This document shows positions 8,944 through 18,229 of a stretch of 64,000 bases of DNA, piece after piece. The number at the start of each line of letters is the position of its first letter. Within the stretch, counting starts at the first letter, position 1. The DNA lies in IMG/VR virus record IMGVR_UViG_3300020122_000238, positions 186,001-250,000 of that record; one strand, 5' to 3'. The translations under genes and the position numbers were made by a program. A model generated the notes under the pieces. The model ran no database searches and was not told where the DNA came from. It saw only the letters and a list, made by a program, of their open reading frames with translations.

Positions 8944-10074
8944 ATGGCAAGAGCACGCACCTCCAAGACCCCTGCAACTCCCACTCCCACGGAACCCGCC
9001 ACGGCTGCTCGCGAGCTTATTGTAAGCTTCGATACAACGGGATCGATGTTCCCCTGTCTCACCCAGGTGAGACGGAACGTTGGAGCCCTGATCGAGCGCA
9101 TGTTCCGCGAGGTCCCCGGCATCCGTATTGGGCTCATCGCCCACGGCGACTACTGCGACGGGCCCCGGATGATCAGCAAGCACGAGCTGTCCACCGACAT
9201 GCGCTCGCTCAGTCGCTTCGTCGAGACGACGGATTCGACGGGCGGCGGAGATGCGCCTGAGTGCTACGAAGCAGTTCTCCACGAAGCGAGGGGCTTCAAC
9301 TGGACGTCCGGCGAATCCAAGGCCCTTGTGATGATCGGGGATGAAGTTCCCCACGGCCCGGAAGAGCGGCAGAACCGGCACCACTACGACTGGCGCAACG
9401 AGGCCAACAGTCTTCGAGACATGGGCGTCAAAATCTACGGCGTCCAGTGCCTCAACCGCCGACACGCGACCAGCTTCTACTCGACGATCGCTCGCGTCAG
9501 CGGGGGCTACCACCTTCAGCTCGACCAGTTCGCGAACATCACAGAGCTGCTCCTCGCCGTCTCGTATCAGCAGGCGGGGGAGACCCAGCTCCAGAACTAC
9601 GAAGCCGAAGTCCAGGGCTCCGGCCGGATGACTCGGAACCTCGACGCGATCTTCGCTCGGCTGCGAGGGCGGACGGTGGCGGCCACCATGGGCACGACCG
9701 ATCTCCGGGCTGTCCCCTCGGGCCGGTTCCAGGTCCTCACGGTCGACCGCGAGATGGCCATCAAGGCGTTCTGCGAGGGGCAAGGCGTCACTTTCGGCAA
9801 GGGCAGGGGCTTCTACGAGCTGTCCAAGCCCGAGACGGTTCAGGGCACCAAGGAAATCGTTCTCATGGATCGTCGGACTGGGGACCTCTTCACGGGGCCG
9901 AAGGCTCGGGAGATGCTCTCGCTCCCGCTGCACGATGAAGACGTTCGCCTGCGTCCGGCTCACCTCGAAGAGTACGCCGTCTTCATTCAATCTACCTCTG
10001 TAAATAGAAAACTGGTGACTGGGACGCGCCTTCTGTACGAGATCCCGGACTGGGATGCCGCGGTGGCAGCCTGA
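8944..10074 (+). CDS. vWA domain protein
   Basis: MIDAS-like SFDTTGSM, GGGDAPECYE and LVMIGDE; GGTGTA 8928-8933 lies 10 nt before ATG 8944. Confidence 0.85.
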   Translation: MARARTSKTPATPTPTEPATAARELIVSFDTTGSMFPCLTQVRRNVGALIERMFREVPGIRIGLIAHGDYCDGPRMISKHELSTDMRSLSRFVETTDSTGGGDAPECYEAVLHEARGFNWTSGESKALVMIGDEVPHGPEERQNRHHYDWRNEANSLRDMGVKIYGVQCLNRRHATSFYSTIARVSGGYHLQLDQFANITELLLAVSYQQAGETQLQNYEAEVQGSGRMTRNLDAIFARLRGRTVAATMGTTDLRAVPSGRFQVLTVDREMAIKAFCEGQGVTFGKGRGFYELSKPETVQGTKEIVLMDRRTGDLFTGPKAREMLSLPLHDEDVRLRPAHLEEYAVFIQSTSVNRKLVTGTRLLYEIPDWDAAVAA

Positions 10075-10082
10075 CAAACACC

Positions 10083-10283
10083 ATGAGCAAGATCGTTTCC
10101 GCTTCTAGTACTCCGACAGGGGGTTTCAACCTCACCCTGTCGGATGGCTCAATCGTGGACGTGCTCACGATGCCCAAAGAGGCCCGAGACTTTGCCCGAG
10201 ACCTCCGAAATGCGGCCGATCGGCCACAACCCGGTTGTACAGATCCCTCCGATCACTTCGCTGGGCACTGCGGCTGCAAGTAG
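10083..10283 (+). CDS. hypothetical protein
   Basis: 66-aa ORF following the vWA gene. Confidence 0.55.
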   Translation: MSKIVSASSTPTGGFNLTLSDGSIVDVLTMPKEARDFARDLRNAADRPQPGCTDPSDHFAGHCGCK

Positions 10284-10290
10284 GGAACGT

Positions 10291-10470
10291 ATGAACTTTC
10301 ACGAACTTCGGAAAAATGACGAGGAGTTTCGCGGGGTGATTGTCGAGATCGAGCGGAAGGCAAAGGACCACGAGAACCTTCAGCTCTTCCGTCTCATCCT
10401 CGTGTTGATGGCCCTGGCGCTGTTCTTCGACCTGGGTATCGTGGGGCTTCTCCTCCTCTTTACTCGATGA
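10291..10470 (+). CDS. small membrane protein
   Basis: 59 aa with a hydrophobic C-terminal segment. Confidence 0.55.
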   Translation: MNFHELRKNDEEFRGVIVEIERKAKDHENLQLFRLILVLMALALFFDLGIVGLLLLFTR

Positions 10471-10474
10471 CACC

Positions 10475-10937
10475 ATGCCCACCCTCAGCATCCCTGACAT
10501 CTCGAATGTCGAGCTGGCAAAACGCGCGAAGACGATCCGCCCCGTAGGGATGAGAGACGGCAAGCTCTATTACTACGATGCCAAGAGCGACCACCGCAAC
10601 ACGTCGTTCTTGTGGTGTCCCCTCACGACCGAGGAGGCGAAGGGTCAAGCCTCACGGGTTGACCCTTCGCACCTTGCACGCCTTCATGTACGCCGGCTCC
10701 TTCAAGCCCACCGTTCGAGAAGTCATCTCGCAGATCCCCGCAGAGGTCCGCGATGAAGTCGTGGCTTTCCTCGTCGATGGAACGAACACAGTGGACGATA
10801 CCAACCGCGAGCGAGAAGCCCGTGATGCTGGCCTCCATGTGGCGAAGACGACCCTCTACATCGCGGGGAAGCCGCAGCACCAGAAGTCTGAGTTGACTCC
10901 TTTCGGCAAGGCTCTCCTCGACGACGAGATCGGCTGA
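10475..10937 (+). pseudogene. frameshifted hypothetical gene (or sequencing error)
   Basis: protein-like sequence switches frame at AAGGGTC (~10640-10647): ...TEEAK / VKPHGLTLRTLHAF... Confidence 0.6.
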
Positions 10938-10940
10938 TGT

Positions 10941-11303
10941 ATGCCCAAAGAACGTGTCTGGTCTACTCCGCTTCTGAACATCGTGCGGATGCCTCAGGAA
11001 GGGCGAGATCGTCTCCTCCGAGAGGAGATGAAGCTTCGGGCTCTCCTTCGAGCAGAGCAAAAAGAGGAGCTGACACTTCTCGATCTCCTCAAGAAGAAGC
11101 TCGGTAGGCAGAACTACACCTTCGTCAAGGGCCCCGATTGCCGCCTTTGGGTGTGGGAGAATCCGGCTGAGGGTTGGCGGGTCTACGCCAACAACCAACA
11201 TGGCCTGTCCTTCGAGATCCTCGTTCCTGGAAAAGACCCCACCGAAGAAAAAGCGTGGGCTGCCTGGAACGCATATCGGAAGGCTCTCGGCCATCCGGTG
11301 TAG
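10941..11303 (+). CDS. hypothetical protein
   Basis: 120 aa; ends GTG TAG inside a GGTGTA motif. Confidence 0.65.
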   Translation: MPKERVWSTPLLNIVRMPQEGRDRLLREEMKLRALLRAEQKEELTLLDLLKKKLGRQNYTFVKGPDCRLWVWENPAEGWRVYANNQHGLSFEILVPGKDPTEEKAWAAWNAYRKALGHPV

Positions 11304-11312
11304 TCCGCCCCC

Positions 11313-11810
11313 ATGGGCGTTGACTACTCAGCAAATCTGATCTTGGGTGTGGCCGTTTCTCGCGAGGAGCTATTCCCGAGAGACCCCGAATCGACGGTTC
11401 TCTGTAAAAAGGGCCACGTCCGGGAGAACTCCTTCGAGTTCTGCCCCCAAGACGGCACTCCTTTCAAGGAAAAGTACCTCCACAGGCCAACCCCTGCGGT
11501 CCTCGCGTATGCCGAATCGCTGAAGATGTCCCCTGAAGACCTCTTCAGCATCGGAAACTGGGAAAAGAACGTCGGAATCTACGACGGCCAACCCTTCCCC
11601 AGCAGCATGAGCGACAAGGAGATGACCCCCGTGCTCGGGATCGAACTCCTGACAACGGGCAGCCATCGTGGGGGCTCTACTCAAGATGCCATTTCGATGT
11701 CTATCTTGGAAGCGGCGGAAAAGGTGAACCTCATCCGGACCATCGCCCTCAAGATCGGGATCCCCGAGGATCGCCCCATCGAGCTGTACCTCACGCTGAG
11801 CGCGGGCTGA
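11313..11810 (+). CDS. hypothetical protein
   Basis: 165 aa; GGTGTA (11297-11302) 10 nt upstream. Confidence 0.7.
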   Translation: MGVDYSANLILGVAVSREELFPRDPESTVLCKKGHVRENSFEFCPQDGTPFKEKYLHRPTPAVLAYAESLKMSPEDLFSIGNWEKNVGIYDGQPFPSSMSDKEMTPVLGIELLTTGSHRGGSTQDAISMSILEAAEKVNLIRTIALKIGIPEDRPIELYLTLSAG

Positions 11811-11831
11811 TTTGGTGTACTAGCCGAGGGC

Positions 11832-13505
11832 ATGAAACGACGTCTTGCCCTCGGGCTTCTCTTCCTGGTCGCTCTGACCCTGTACTACTACGCCCCGGCG
11901 TTCGTTCGCTGGCGGGTGAGCGAGAAACTCGCAGAGCGCTACCCGGATGTGAAGGTGGACCTCATCGAACCCCAATGGGGGAAGACGGTCCTTCACACCG
12001 TGACGTTCGATCGAGATTGGGTCTGCGGGAAGCTCGACACCGTCACGATCACCTGGAAGGACGCCATCACAATCCAGGGGGGCACCGTTCGCGTGTACCC
12101 CGAAAAGCGGCCCGCATCGACTGGGGAGGGGTCTGGCAAAGACATCACCATCACGGACCTCGAAGGTACAGTGATATCCCCCGAAGGTGTCTTTAGCTTC
12201 GGAGGTCTCTCCCTGCATGGCCCCATGGTGACCATCGACAATGTCGGGGCGCACAGGTATGGCCGAAATGCCTACCTCAATGGGGTCAAGTTCAACAAGA
12301 ACCACCTGGACTTCGTTCACGTCGATTCGGCGTCGATGGTCATCCCGGAAGACGGCCCTGACCAGCTCGGGACGTTGACCGCCACAGCTATCGAGGTCTC
12401 CCGCAACCCCGAAAAGGAATGGCGGGCGTCCATCGAACATGCCGAGATCGCGGAGCTGAAAGCGAGCGCTTCGTCAATCCGTCTCGAAGAGTACACGGGC
12501 GAAGACAAGATCCACCGAATGGCCATCCTTCTGGGGGAAGCCACCATCGAGCACCCGAAGCTCTTCAGCAAGCCTCTGACCGTGCATCAGATGCGAATCC
12601 CGGTGGATGCCTACACGTTCGAGAGCGGAGAATTCACGGTCTGGCACAACTCGGCCTTCACCCCTGTGATCAAGGGGAACTTCAGGAAGAAGACCCTTGA
12701 GGGGAAGGGCTCCTGTTCTGATTGGCTTGAGACATTGCCAGACCAGCTCAGGAACGAGTCCGTCAAGCAATTGGACATGACGGGGAACATGTCGTTCGAT
12801 GTCTCGACGGATCCTCCGCACGCCTTCTTTCTCTACACGTGCAAGGTTTCGTGTGATGTCCCGCTGTTCAAGGCTCTCAAAGAGGTGTTCGTTTACCCTA
12901 TCCTTCAGGCGGATGGATCTCCTGGTCTCCGATCGTCGGGACCGAAGGGGAAAGACTGGACGCCACTCTCCCAGGTGAGCCCTGATGTGGTCACGGCTTT
13001 GACCACCATGGAAGACCCGGGCTTCTTCCAGCATCGAGGGCTCAGTGGGATGGCCATCGAGAACTCGTTCCAGATGAACCTCAAGGCGAACAAGTTCGTG
13101 CGCGGGGGATCGACCCTCACGATGCAGCTCGCGAAGAACCTCTGGCTCACTCAGGAGAAGACCCTCGGCCGCAAGGTTCAGGAGGCCTTCTTGACGATGG
13201 GCTTGGAAAGCTGCCTCTCGAAGGAAGAGATCCTCGCGCTCTACGTGAATGTGGTCGAGTTCGGCAAGGGGCTCTACGGGATCAGCCCGGCGGCCCGGAA
13301 GTACTTCAAGACCTCGGCCATGGGCTTGGCTCCCGAGGAGGCCTTCTACCTCGTGTCGATCCTCCCCCATCCTCGGACCGCCAATCCTCCGGATGCGGCC
13401 ACCTTGACCCGCGTGAAGAAGCTGATAGCCCGGTTCACCAAGGAAGGCCGGATCCCCGATATGGGGATCAACGACAGCCCGATCGACGACGCCGGCTGGG
13501 AGTAG
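11832..13505 (+). CDS. membrane-anchored monofunctional peptidoglycan transglycosylase (GT51)
   Basis: N-terminal TM; EDPGFFQHRG, GGSTLTMQLAKNL, RKVQE, KEEILALYVN and YGISPAARKYF motifs; no transpeptidase domain. Confidence 0.9.
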   Translation: MKRRLALGLLFLVALTLYYYAPAFVRWRVSEKLAERYPDVKVDLIEPQWGKTVLHTVTFDRDWVCGKLDTVTITWKDAITIQGGTVRVYPEKRPASTGEGSGKDITITDLEGTVISPEGVFSFGGLSLHGPMVTIDNVGAHRYGRNAYLNGVKFNKNHLDFVHVDSASMVIPEDGPDQLGTLTATAIEVSRNPEKEWRASIEHAEIAELKASASSIRLEEYTGEDKIHRMAILLGEATIEHPKLFSKPLTVHQMRIPVDAYTFESGEFTVWHNSAFTPVIKGNFRKKTLEGKGSCSDWLETLPDQLRNESVKQLDMTGNMSFDVSTDPPHAFFLYTCKVSCDVPLFKALKEVFVYPILQADGSPGLRSSGPKGKDWTPLSQVSPDVVTALTTMEDPGFFQHRGLSGMAIENSFQMNLKANKFVRGGSTLTMQLAKNLWLTQEKTLGRKVQEAFLTMGLESCLSKEEILALYVNVVEFGKGLYGISPAARKYFKTSAMGLAPEEAFYLVSILPHPRTANPPDAATLTRVKKLIARFTKEGRIPDMGINDSPIDDAGWE

Positions 13506-13506
13506 G

Positions 13507-13532
13507 TTGATCCTGGGGTATCCCTGTATGTA
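13507..13532 (+). promoter_or_regulatory. class I motif TTGATC-N16-TGTA
   Basis: 10 nt upstream of ATG 13543. Confidence 0.75.
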
Positions 13533-13542
13533 AGTATGGGAC

Positions 13543-13791
13543 ATGATCCATTACATCACGGCACATGTCTCTGAAGGTCAAGATCCTACCAACCCCCACC
13601 ATATCGGATACGACGACGAAACGGACGAAATCTGTTTTATTTACAGTAAATGGTACAGTGTGTACCCAGGTCGAAGGGCTCTTCGACCTACATTCGGCAT
13701 TTTTCATAAATGCCTCGCGTCGATCGCTCGGGACGCAATCTTGGCCAAGATTGCGTCGGGGGAGTTGATCCGGAAATTTCCCGTTCTGTAG
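13543..13791 (+). CDS. hypothetical protein (AT-richer)
   Basis: 82 aa after a class I motif. Confidence 0.6.
   Translation: MIHYITAHVSEGQDPTNPHHIGYDDETDEICFIYSKWYSVYPGRRALRPTFGIFHKCLASIARDAILAKIASGELIRKFPVL
13765..13790 (+). promoter_or_regulatory. class I motif TTGATC-N16-TGTA
   Basis: 8 nt upstream of micro-ORF ATG 13799. Confidence 0.7.
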
Positions 13792-13828
13792 GACCTACAT
13801 GGACGTCAAGATCATTAGGCGCAAAGGG

Positions 13829-13854
13829 TTGATCCCCGCGGGTCTGAACCTGTA
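13829..13854 (+). promoter_or_regulatory. class I motif TTGATC-N16-TGTA
   Basis: 8 nt upstream of ATG 13863. Confidence 0.75.
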
Positions 13855-13862
13855 GGAGCTTT

Positions 13863-14072
13863 ATGGTAGACGACGAAGTGTCATCGCGTCCTGAGGACGC
13901 GATGACACCCGAAGAAGCTGAGGCCAAACGGAAAATCGCGCTTGCTGTATGGTGGCAAGCGTTCGCCATTAGCGGCGATTTGGCTGATTCCCCGGTCGGT
14001 CTTGCTTACTATGAGGCCGAAAGAGCCTGTCACCCTTACGGTTGGCTTGGTGGAAAAGTGATCAGAAGTTGA
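13863..14072 (+). CDS. hypothetical protein
   Basis: 69 aa; its stop lies within the next TTGATC. Confidence 0.6.
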   Translation: MVDDEVSSRPEDAMTPEEAEAKRKIALAVWWQAFAISGDLADSPVGLAYYEAERACHPYGWLGGKVIRS

Positions 14073-14094
14073 TCCCTGCGTTCTTCAGCCTGTA
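14069..14094 (+). promoter_or_regulatory. class I motif TTGATC-N16-TGTA
   Basis: 11 nt upstream of ATG 14106. Confidence 0.75.
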
Positions 14095-14105
14095 GGAGCC
14101 TCACC

Positions 14106-14330
14106 ATGAAACCTGATCGATCTGTGCTCCCCTTGATATTTGGGACAAGTCACGAAATTCCCGCTCGGGACGTTCAAATTGGAGATGAGATTGCAATCAG
14201 AAATAGCTGTGGCGGACTAGAGAGTTGGGCCTGTGTAGTGGGTACACTCAAGTACAAAATCATTCAGACGAAGGTTTGCATGTATGACGTATGCCGTGAT
14301 GACGAGTTGGTAGAAGTCCGTGCAAAATGA
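14106..14330 (+). CDS. hypothetical protein
   Basis: 74 aa after a class I motif. Confidence 0.6.
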   Translation: MKPDRSVLPLIFGTSHEIPARDVQIGDEIAIRNSCGGLESWACVVGTLKYKIIQTKVCMYDVCRDDELVEVRAK

Positions 14331-14357
14331 TTCCAACTAGGAATCATAGGGTAAGTC

Positions 14358-14810
14358 ATGCGAAGCATTCTGAGATCGATGATCTGTTCTACTTTTGAGA
14401 GCGTCTGCGGCAAATGGCAGTCCAGACAGCCCGTGCCGCAGGCCTTCAAGTTCACGTTCCGCCTTCAGACGAACCACGAGGTGGAAGAGGGCTACCGCTA
14501 CCTCGACGTCCTGATCTATGGCGAGTCGAACTACGTCCAGGTCTACTGCCGAGAACGGTCGAATGTCATCTCGCTGGACGACATGGAGGAATCGGACCCC
14601 GAGGACCAGACGGGCGAGATGGTCCCCAAAGAGGGGAAGGGCATCGTCAAGACCACGAAGCCGTGGGAAAAGGTCGCCGACCATGATTCGTGCTGGCGCG
14701 AGGGGATCGAGAAAATACTCCAAACCTACGAGCCTCGAATCAACATGCTGGACGCGCCGAACGAGGGATGGTGGTCGCTGGTCTCTCCCAAAAGCGAAGG
14801 GATCAGTTGA
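14358..14810 (+). CDS. hypothetical protein
   Basis: 150 aa; its stop lies within the next TTGATC. Confidence 0.65.
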   Translation: MRSILRSMICSTFESVCGKWQSRQPVPQAFKFTFRLQTNHEVEEGYRYLDVLIYGESNYVQVYCRERSNVISLDDMEESDPEDQTGEMVPKEGKGIVKTTKPWEKVADHDSCWREGIEKILQTYEPRINMLDAPNEGWWSLVSPKSEGIS

Positions 14811-14832
14811 TCCTGATCCCCCAAAATCTGTA
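14807..14832 (+). promoter_or_regulatory. class I motif TTGATC-N16-TGTA
   Basis: upstream of the large vWA gene; followed by GGTGTA at 14851-14856. Confidence 0.7.
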
Positions 14833-14882
14833 CGGGAACCATCTAGTTTCGGTGTAGTACCTACCCAAGGAAAACCAGAAAA

Positions 14883-17477
14883 ATGCCCTCACGATCTTTC
14901 GGAATCACCCCCAGTCTCTTCCTCGTCCTCGCCACCGTCAGCACGGCTACGGCGGCTACGGCGGGCCGTGTGCCCGTCAACAACTACGTCGCCATCGACG
15001 GGTCCGGCAGCATGTACGGGACCATCGACGACCTGCGAAACCAGGTCAAGATGAAGCTCCCGTCGATCATGGGGCCCGACGACACGCTCTCGATGGTCGT
15101 CTTCTCCAGCCGTGGCGAGGTCCACAAGGTCTGCGAGGGCGTCAAGACTTGGGATTTCAAGTCCGTCTACCCGCTCATCGATCGCCTGGTCCGCGCGACC
15201 AACATGACCGGCTTCATCGACCCCCTGAAGGAGATTGCCGCCATGCGCGATCGGGTCGGGGCGAAGCACCCGGGGGCCAACTCGTTCTGGTTCCTCTCCG
15301 ACGGCGACGAGAACCAGGGCAGCAGGGCTCAGGTCATCGAAGCCATGAAGCTCGCGTCCGCCAAGATGGACAGCGTGACGGTCGTCGAGTTCGGTCGGTA
15401 CGCCAACCGCGCGCTCCTGACCGACATGGCCACCACGGGCAACGGTCGCCGCATCTTCGCCCCCAACTTCGCGGCCTACGAGCCGGAGTTCGAGGCCACC
15501 ATGGGCCGCAAGCTCACGGGCGGCAAGCGTGTCGACGTCAAGCTCGACGGGGAGCCCGTCGCGGGCCTCGTGTACGGCTTCCAGGGCAACGATCTGCTCA
15601 CGTTCTCGGTCGCCAACGGACACGTCTCGGTTCCCAAGGACGTCTCGTTCATCTCGTACCTGTCGGCCAGCGCCGTAGGGGAAAACCAACACACCCTGGA
15701 GACCTTCGCGAAGGTCTCCGCCATGGGTGCAACTGCGAACCCCAGGGCCATTTCTCCCACAAGCGAGATGGCCCTCGGCGTCAACCATGCATACGCGGCT
15801 CTCAGCCTCTTCGCGGTGCGCCTCAAGGGCGAGGTCGTGATCCCGCTCCTCAAGTCCCTCGGCGATGTGAAGCTCATCGAGGCCTTCTCGACCTGCTTCG
15901 GCAAGGAGAAGTACTCCGACTTCGAGAAGCTCGCCCGTGAAGCGGCCTTCGGTCGCGGCCGGTTCGAGAAGGGCTACAACCCCGACGCCGTCCCTGCGGA
16001 CGACGCCTTCACGGTCTTCCGCCTCCTGGAGATCCTTACCAAGAACCAGGGCAACAAGCTCCGGATCGAGGAGTTCGAGAAGAGCTACGCGAAGATCGGC
16101 CGCGCGAAGATCGCTTCCGCCGAGAACCTCACGGTGGATGAAGCCGCGAAGGTCGAGGAGTACAACGCCGAGATCGACGTGCTCCGTGCGGACCTGAAGG
16201 GCAAGCGGTCGAGCATGGTCATCGAGCAGATCAAGGAGAAGATCGCCGCCGTCGAGGCGAAGATTCAGGTCATCCTGGACTCGAAGTCTCCGGCCCTCAA
16301 GTTCGAGGCGACCCCGGTCCCGGAAGGGATCCCGATGACGAACCTCATCTTCAACGAGGAGACCCCCAACGTCTCCGTGCAGACGACGCGTCAGGGCAAG
16401 GTGGCCCTCAAGGATCGGATCCAGGCGGAGATGGCTCGCCTCGTCGCGGACAGCAAGGCGAACCCCGCGAACGACAGCGAGAACGCAGACAAGCTCCTCC
16501 AGATCGCCAAGATCCCCGAGGTGATGGACACCTTCCGCTTCCGCAACTACGCGATCCTGAAGGATGGCTGGTGCAACGCCGACGAGCTTCCGGTGCGTCT
16601 GACGAAGGCGACCCTGGACGAGCTGGTCGCGGCGGGCTTCACGATGGCCATGCTCAAGGACCCGCCTGCCAGCTTCCCGACGGCGGGAAATGTCGACGTC
16701 ACGATCATCCTCAAGGGGATGCCGACAATGAACCGCCAGATGGTGAAGGAGACCAGCGCTCGCAAGCTCTTCGAGCTGGAGTACCGCCTCACCAAGCTCC
16801 GGGCGGAGCAGAAGGTCTACAAGGCCTTCAAGACCGAGACGGTGGGGGCGAAGAAGTCGGAAGGCTTCGTGGCCACCTACGGCGAGTACGCGGAGAAGTT
16901 CCTCAAGGAGCTGGGGCTCACGGAGTCCGGAGGCTTCGCTCCGAAGGTGACGACGGCCGACCCGATCGACTTCTACATGAGCCGGATCCTCACGGTCATG
17001 CTCTACGAGGAGGGCGCCAAGGACAAGATCGCGGCCGGCAAGGCAGCGACGGGCAAGCTCGACACGCTCCCCAGCATGGCGGAGCTGAACAAGAAGATCG
17101 CTGCGAACGGCAAGATGGCCGGCGGGGCGGCGCTCATGGCAGAGGTCGTCAAGGAGGTCGAGGCCTTCAAGAAGTCCGATGTCTACACGAAGGCGAAGGA
17201 CCCGGAGGCGCTCTTCGCGGCCTGGATCGAGGGACAGGCCGATCAGACGGTCAAGGAGACGCGTGCGGCGCTCCGTGAGAAGGCCCAGATGGTCTTCTCG
17301 ATCATCGTCGGGCAGGTCTGGTTCTCGGAGCCGGAGTACGCGACCCCGGTCGCCTTCACGATCCCGACGAAGAAGGACCCCAGGAACCTCCTCGGCACCC
17401 TGGCGACGATGACGACGGTCGACGGCTCCAAGGTCGACTTCATCGTCGGGCAGGAAGAGGAAAAGGTCCTCGTCTAG
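14883..17477 (+). CDS. large vWA domain protein (864 aa)
   Basis: N-terminal MIDAS VAIDGSGSM and FLSDGDEN; very strong GC3 bias. Confidence 0.85.
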   Translation: MPSRSFGITPSLFLVLATVSTATAATAGRVPVNNYVAIDGSGSMYGTIDDLRNQVKMKLPSIMGPDDTLSMVVFSSRGEVHKVCEGVKTWDFKSVYPLIDRLVRATNMTGFIDPLKEIAAMRDRVGAKHPGANSFWFLSDGDENQGSRAQVIEAMKLASAKMDSVTVVEFGRYANRALLTDMATTGNGRRIFAPNFAAYEPEFEATMGRKLTGGKRVDVKLDGEPVAGLVYGFQGNDLLTFSVANGHVSVPKDVSFISYLSASAVGENQHTLETFAKVSAMGATANPRAISPTSEMALGVNHAYAALSLFAVRLKGEVVIPLLKSLGDVKLIEAFSTCFGKEKYSDFEKLAREAAFGRGRFEKGYNPDAVPADDAFTVFRLLEILTKNQGNKLRIEEFEKSYAKIGRAKIASAENLTVDEAAKVEEYNAEIDVLRADLKGKRSSMVIEQIKEKIAAVEAKIQVILDSKSPALKFEATPVPEGIPMTNLIFNEETPNVSVQTTRQGKVALKDRIQAEMARLVADSKANPANDSENADKLLQIAKIPEVMDTFRFRNYAILKDGWCNADELPVRLTKATLDELVAAGFTMAMLKDPPASFPTAGNVDVTIILKGMPTMNRQMVKETSARKLFELEYRLTKLRAEQKVYKAFKTETVGAKKSEGFVATYGEYAEKFLKELGLTESGGFAPKVTTADPIDFYMSRILTVMLYEEGAKDKIAAGKAATGKLDTLPSMAELNKKIAANGKMAGGAALMAEVVKEVEAFKKSDVYTKAKDPEALFAAWIEGQADQTVKETRAALREKAQMVFSIIVGQVWFSEPEYATPVAFTIPTKKDPRNLLGTLATMTTVDGSKVDFIVGQEEEKVLV

Positions 17478-17480
17478 GGG

Positions 17481-17506
17481 TTGATCCGAGACATGGTTCC
17501 TCTGTA
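17481..17506 (+). promoter_or_regulatory. class I motif TTGATC-N16-TGTA
   Basis: 11 nt upstream of ATG 17518. Confidence 0.75.
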
Positions 17507-17517
17507 GAAGGGGGACC

Positions 17518-17775
17518 ATGTCTGACTCCTACTCCTCCCGCGTCGCGTTGACCCCCATTATCCGGTGGGTCACCCTCATCCTCCTCTTCGTGATGAAGCA
17601 TGGCGACCTGGTCCCCTCCCATGAGGGATCGGTCGACAGGTACGAGTCTCCCGAAGATTCGGATGAAGATTCGAATGACGAGGTCAATTTTCCTGGCAAC
17701 TCCGTTGACTTCACCCCCGTCGACTGTGTCGACGTAGACGACCTGGATTCAATCGAATCCTACGACATCGTCTGA
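17518..17775 (+). CDS. acidic hypothetical protein with N-terminal hydrophobic segment
   Basis: 85 aa after a class I motif. Confidence 0.55.
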   Translation: MSDSYSSRVALTPIIRWVTLILLFVMKHGDLVPSHEGSVDRYESPEDSDEDSNDEVNFPGNSVDFTPVDCVDVDDLDSIESYDIV

Positions 17776-17794
17776 TCCTGGTGTAACCCCCAGG

Positions 17795-17980
17795 ATGGCC
17801 ATGAAGCTCTTTCACGACGACGACTGCGGGGAACTCCTGGATCAGACCGGGATGTGCCCGAAGTGCAAGTTCTACCCGGACATGCAGAGCACCTCCTTCA
17901 AGGAAGTGTCGGATGCTGAGTATCGGTCCGGGAAGTCGCAAGGACAGACGTACCTCGGAAAGTATCGGACGCCGCTTTGA
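17795..17980 (+). CDS. small zinc-finger protein
   Basis: H.DDCG...CPKC; GGTGTA 17780-17785. Confidence 0.65.
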   Translation: MAMKLFHDDDCGELLDQTGMCPKCKFYPDMQSTSFKEVSDAEYRSGKSQGQTYLGKYRTPL

Positions 17981-18135
17981 TTACCCATCCCTCGAACATC
18001 ACCCAGGATGAAGCTCGGAACATCGGTCTTGCTGTGCTGACAGCAGGACTTGTGGCTGTTGTTGACAGCGTCATACGGCTCGGCTTCTACGAGTTTCAAG
18101 TGTGGCGCGAAGCACGTCGGAAAAAGCCCGAGTAA
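17977..18135 (+). CDS. small membrane protein (52 aa, not in ORF track)
   Basis: TTGA overlap start; IGLAVLTAGLVAVV hydrophobic stretch followed by a basic tail. Confidence 0.45.
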   Translation: MITHPSNITQDEARNIGLAVLTAGLVAVVDSVIRLGFYEFQVWREARRKKPE

Positions 18136-18229
18136 CAAGCTACACCCCGGTGTAGCCGGGTGGCATGAAGCTACTCGGAATTTCTGGGCTTGTCGTTTTC
18201 TATTGCCCCACACAGACACCCAGGACATA

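Noticed and set aside
14889-17519. Long antisense ORFs (also 4382..5371, 8899..10077, 22140..23558, 23599..24900, 35850..37529, 60389..61531, 62393..63274)
   Set aside because: Shadow frames expected opposite high-GC3 genes. Their composition is unnatural and they have no motifs or promoter boxes.
18050-18229. ORF-track upstream starts (18050, 22056, 26945, 39791, 42321 and others)
   Set aside because: These extensions overlap other genes or promoter boxes and have unnatural sequence. Downstream starts fit domain boundaries and the motif spacing better.
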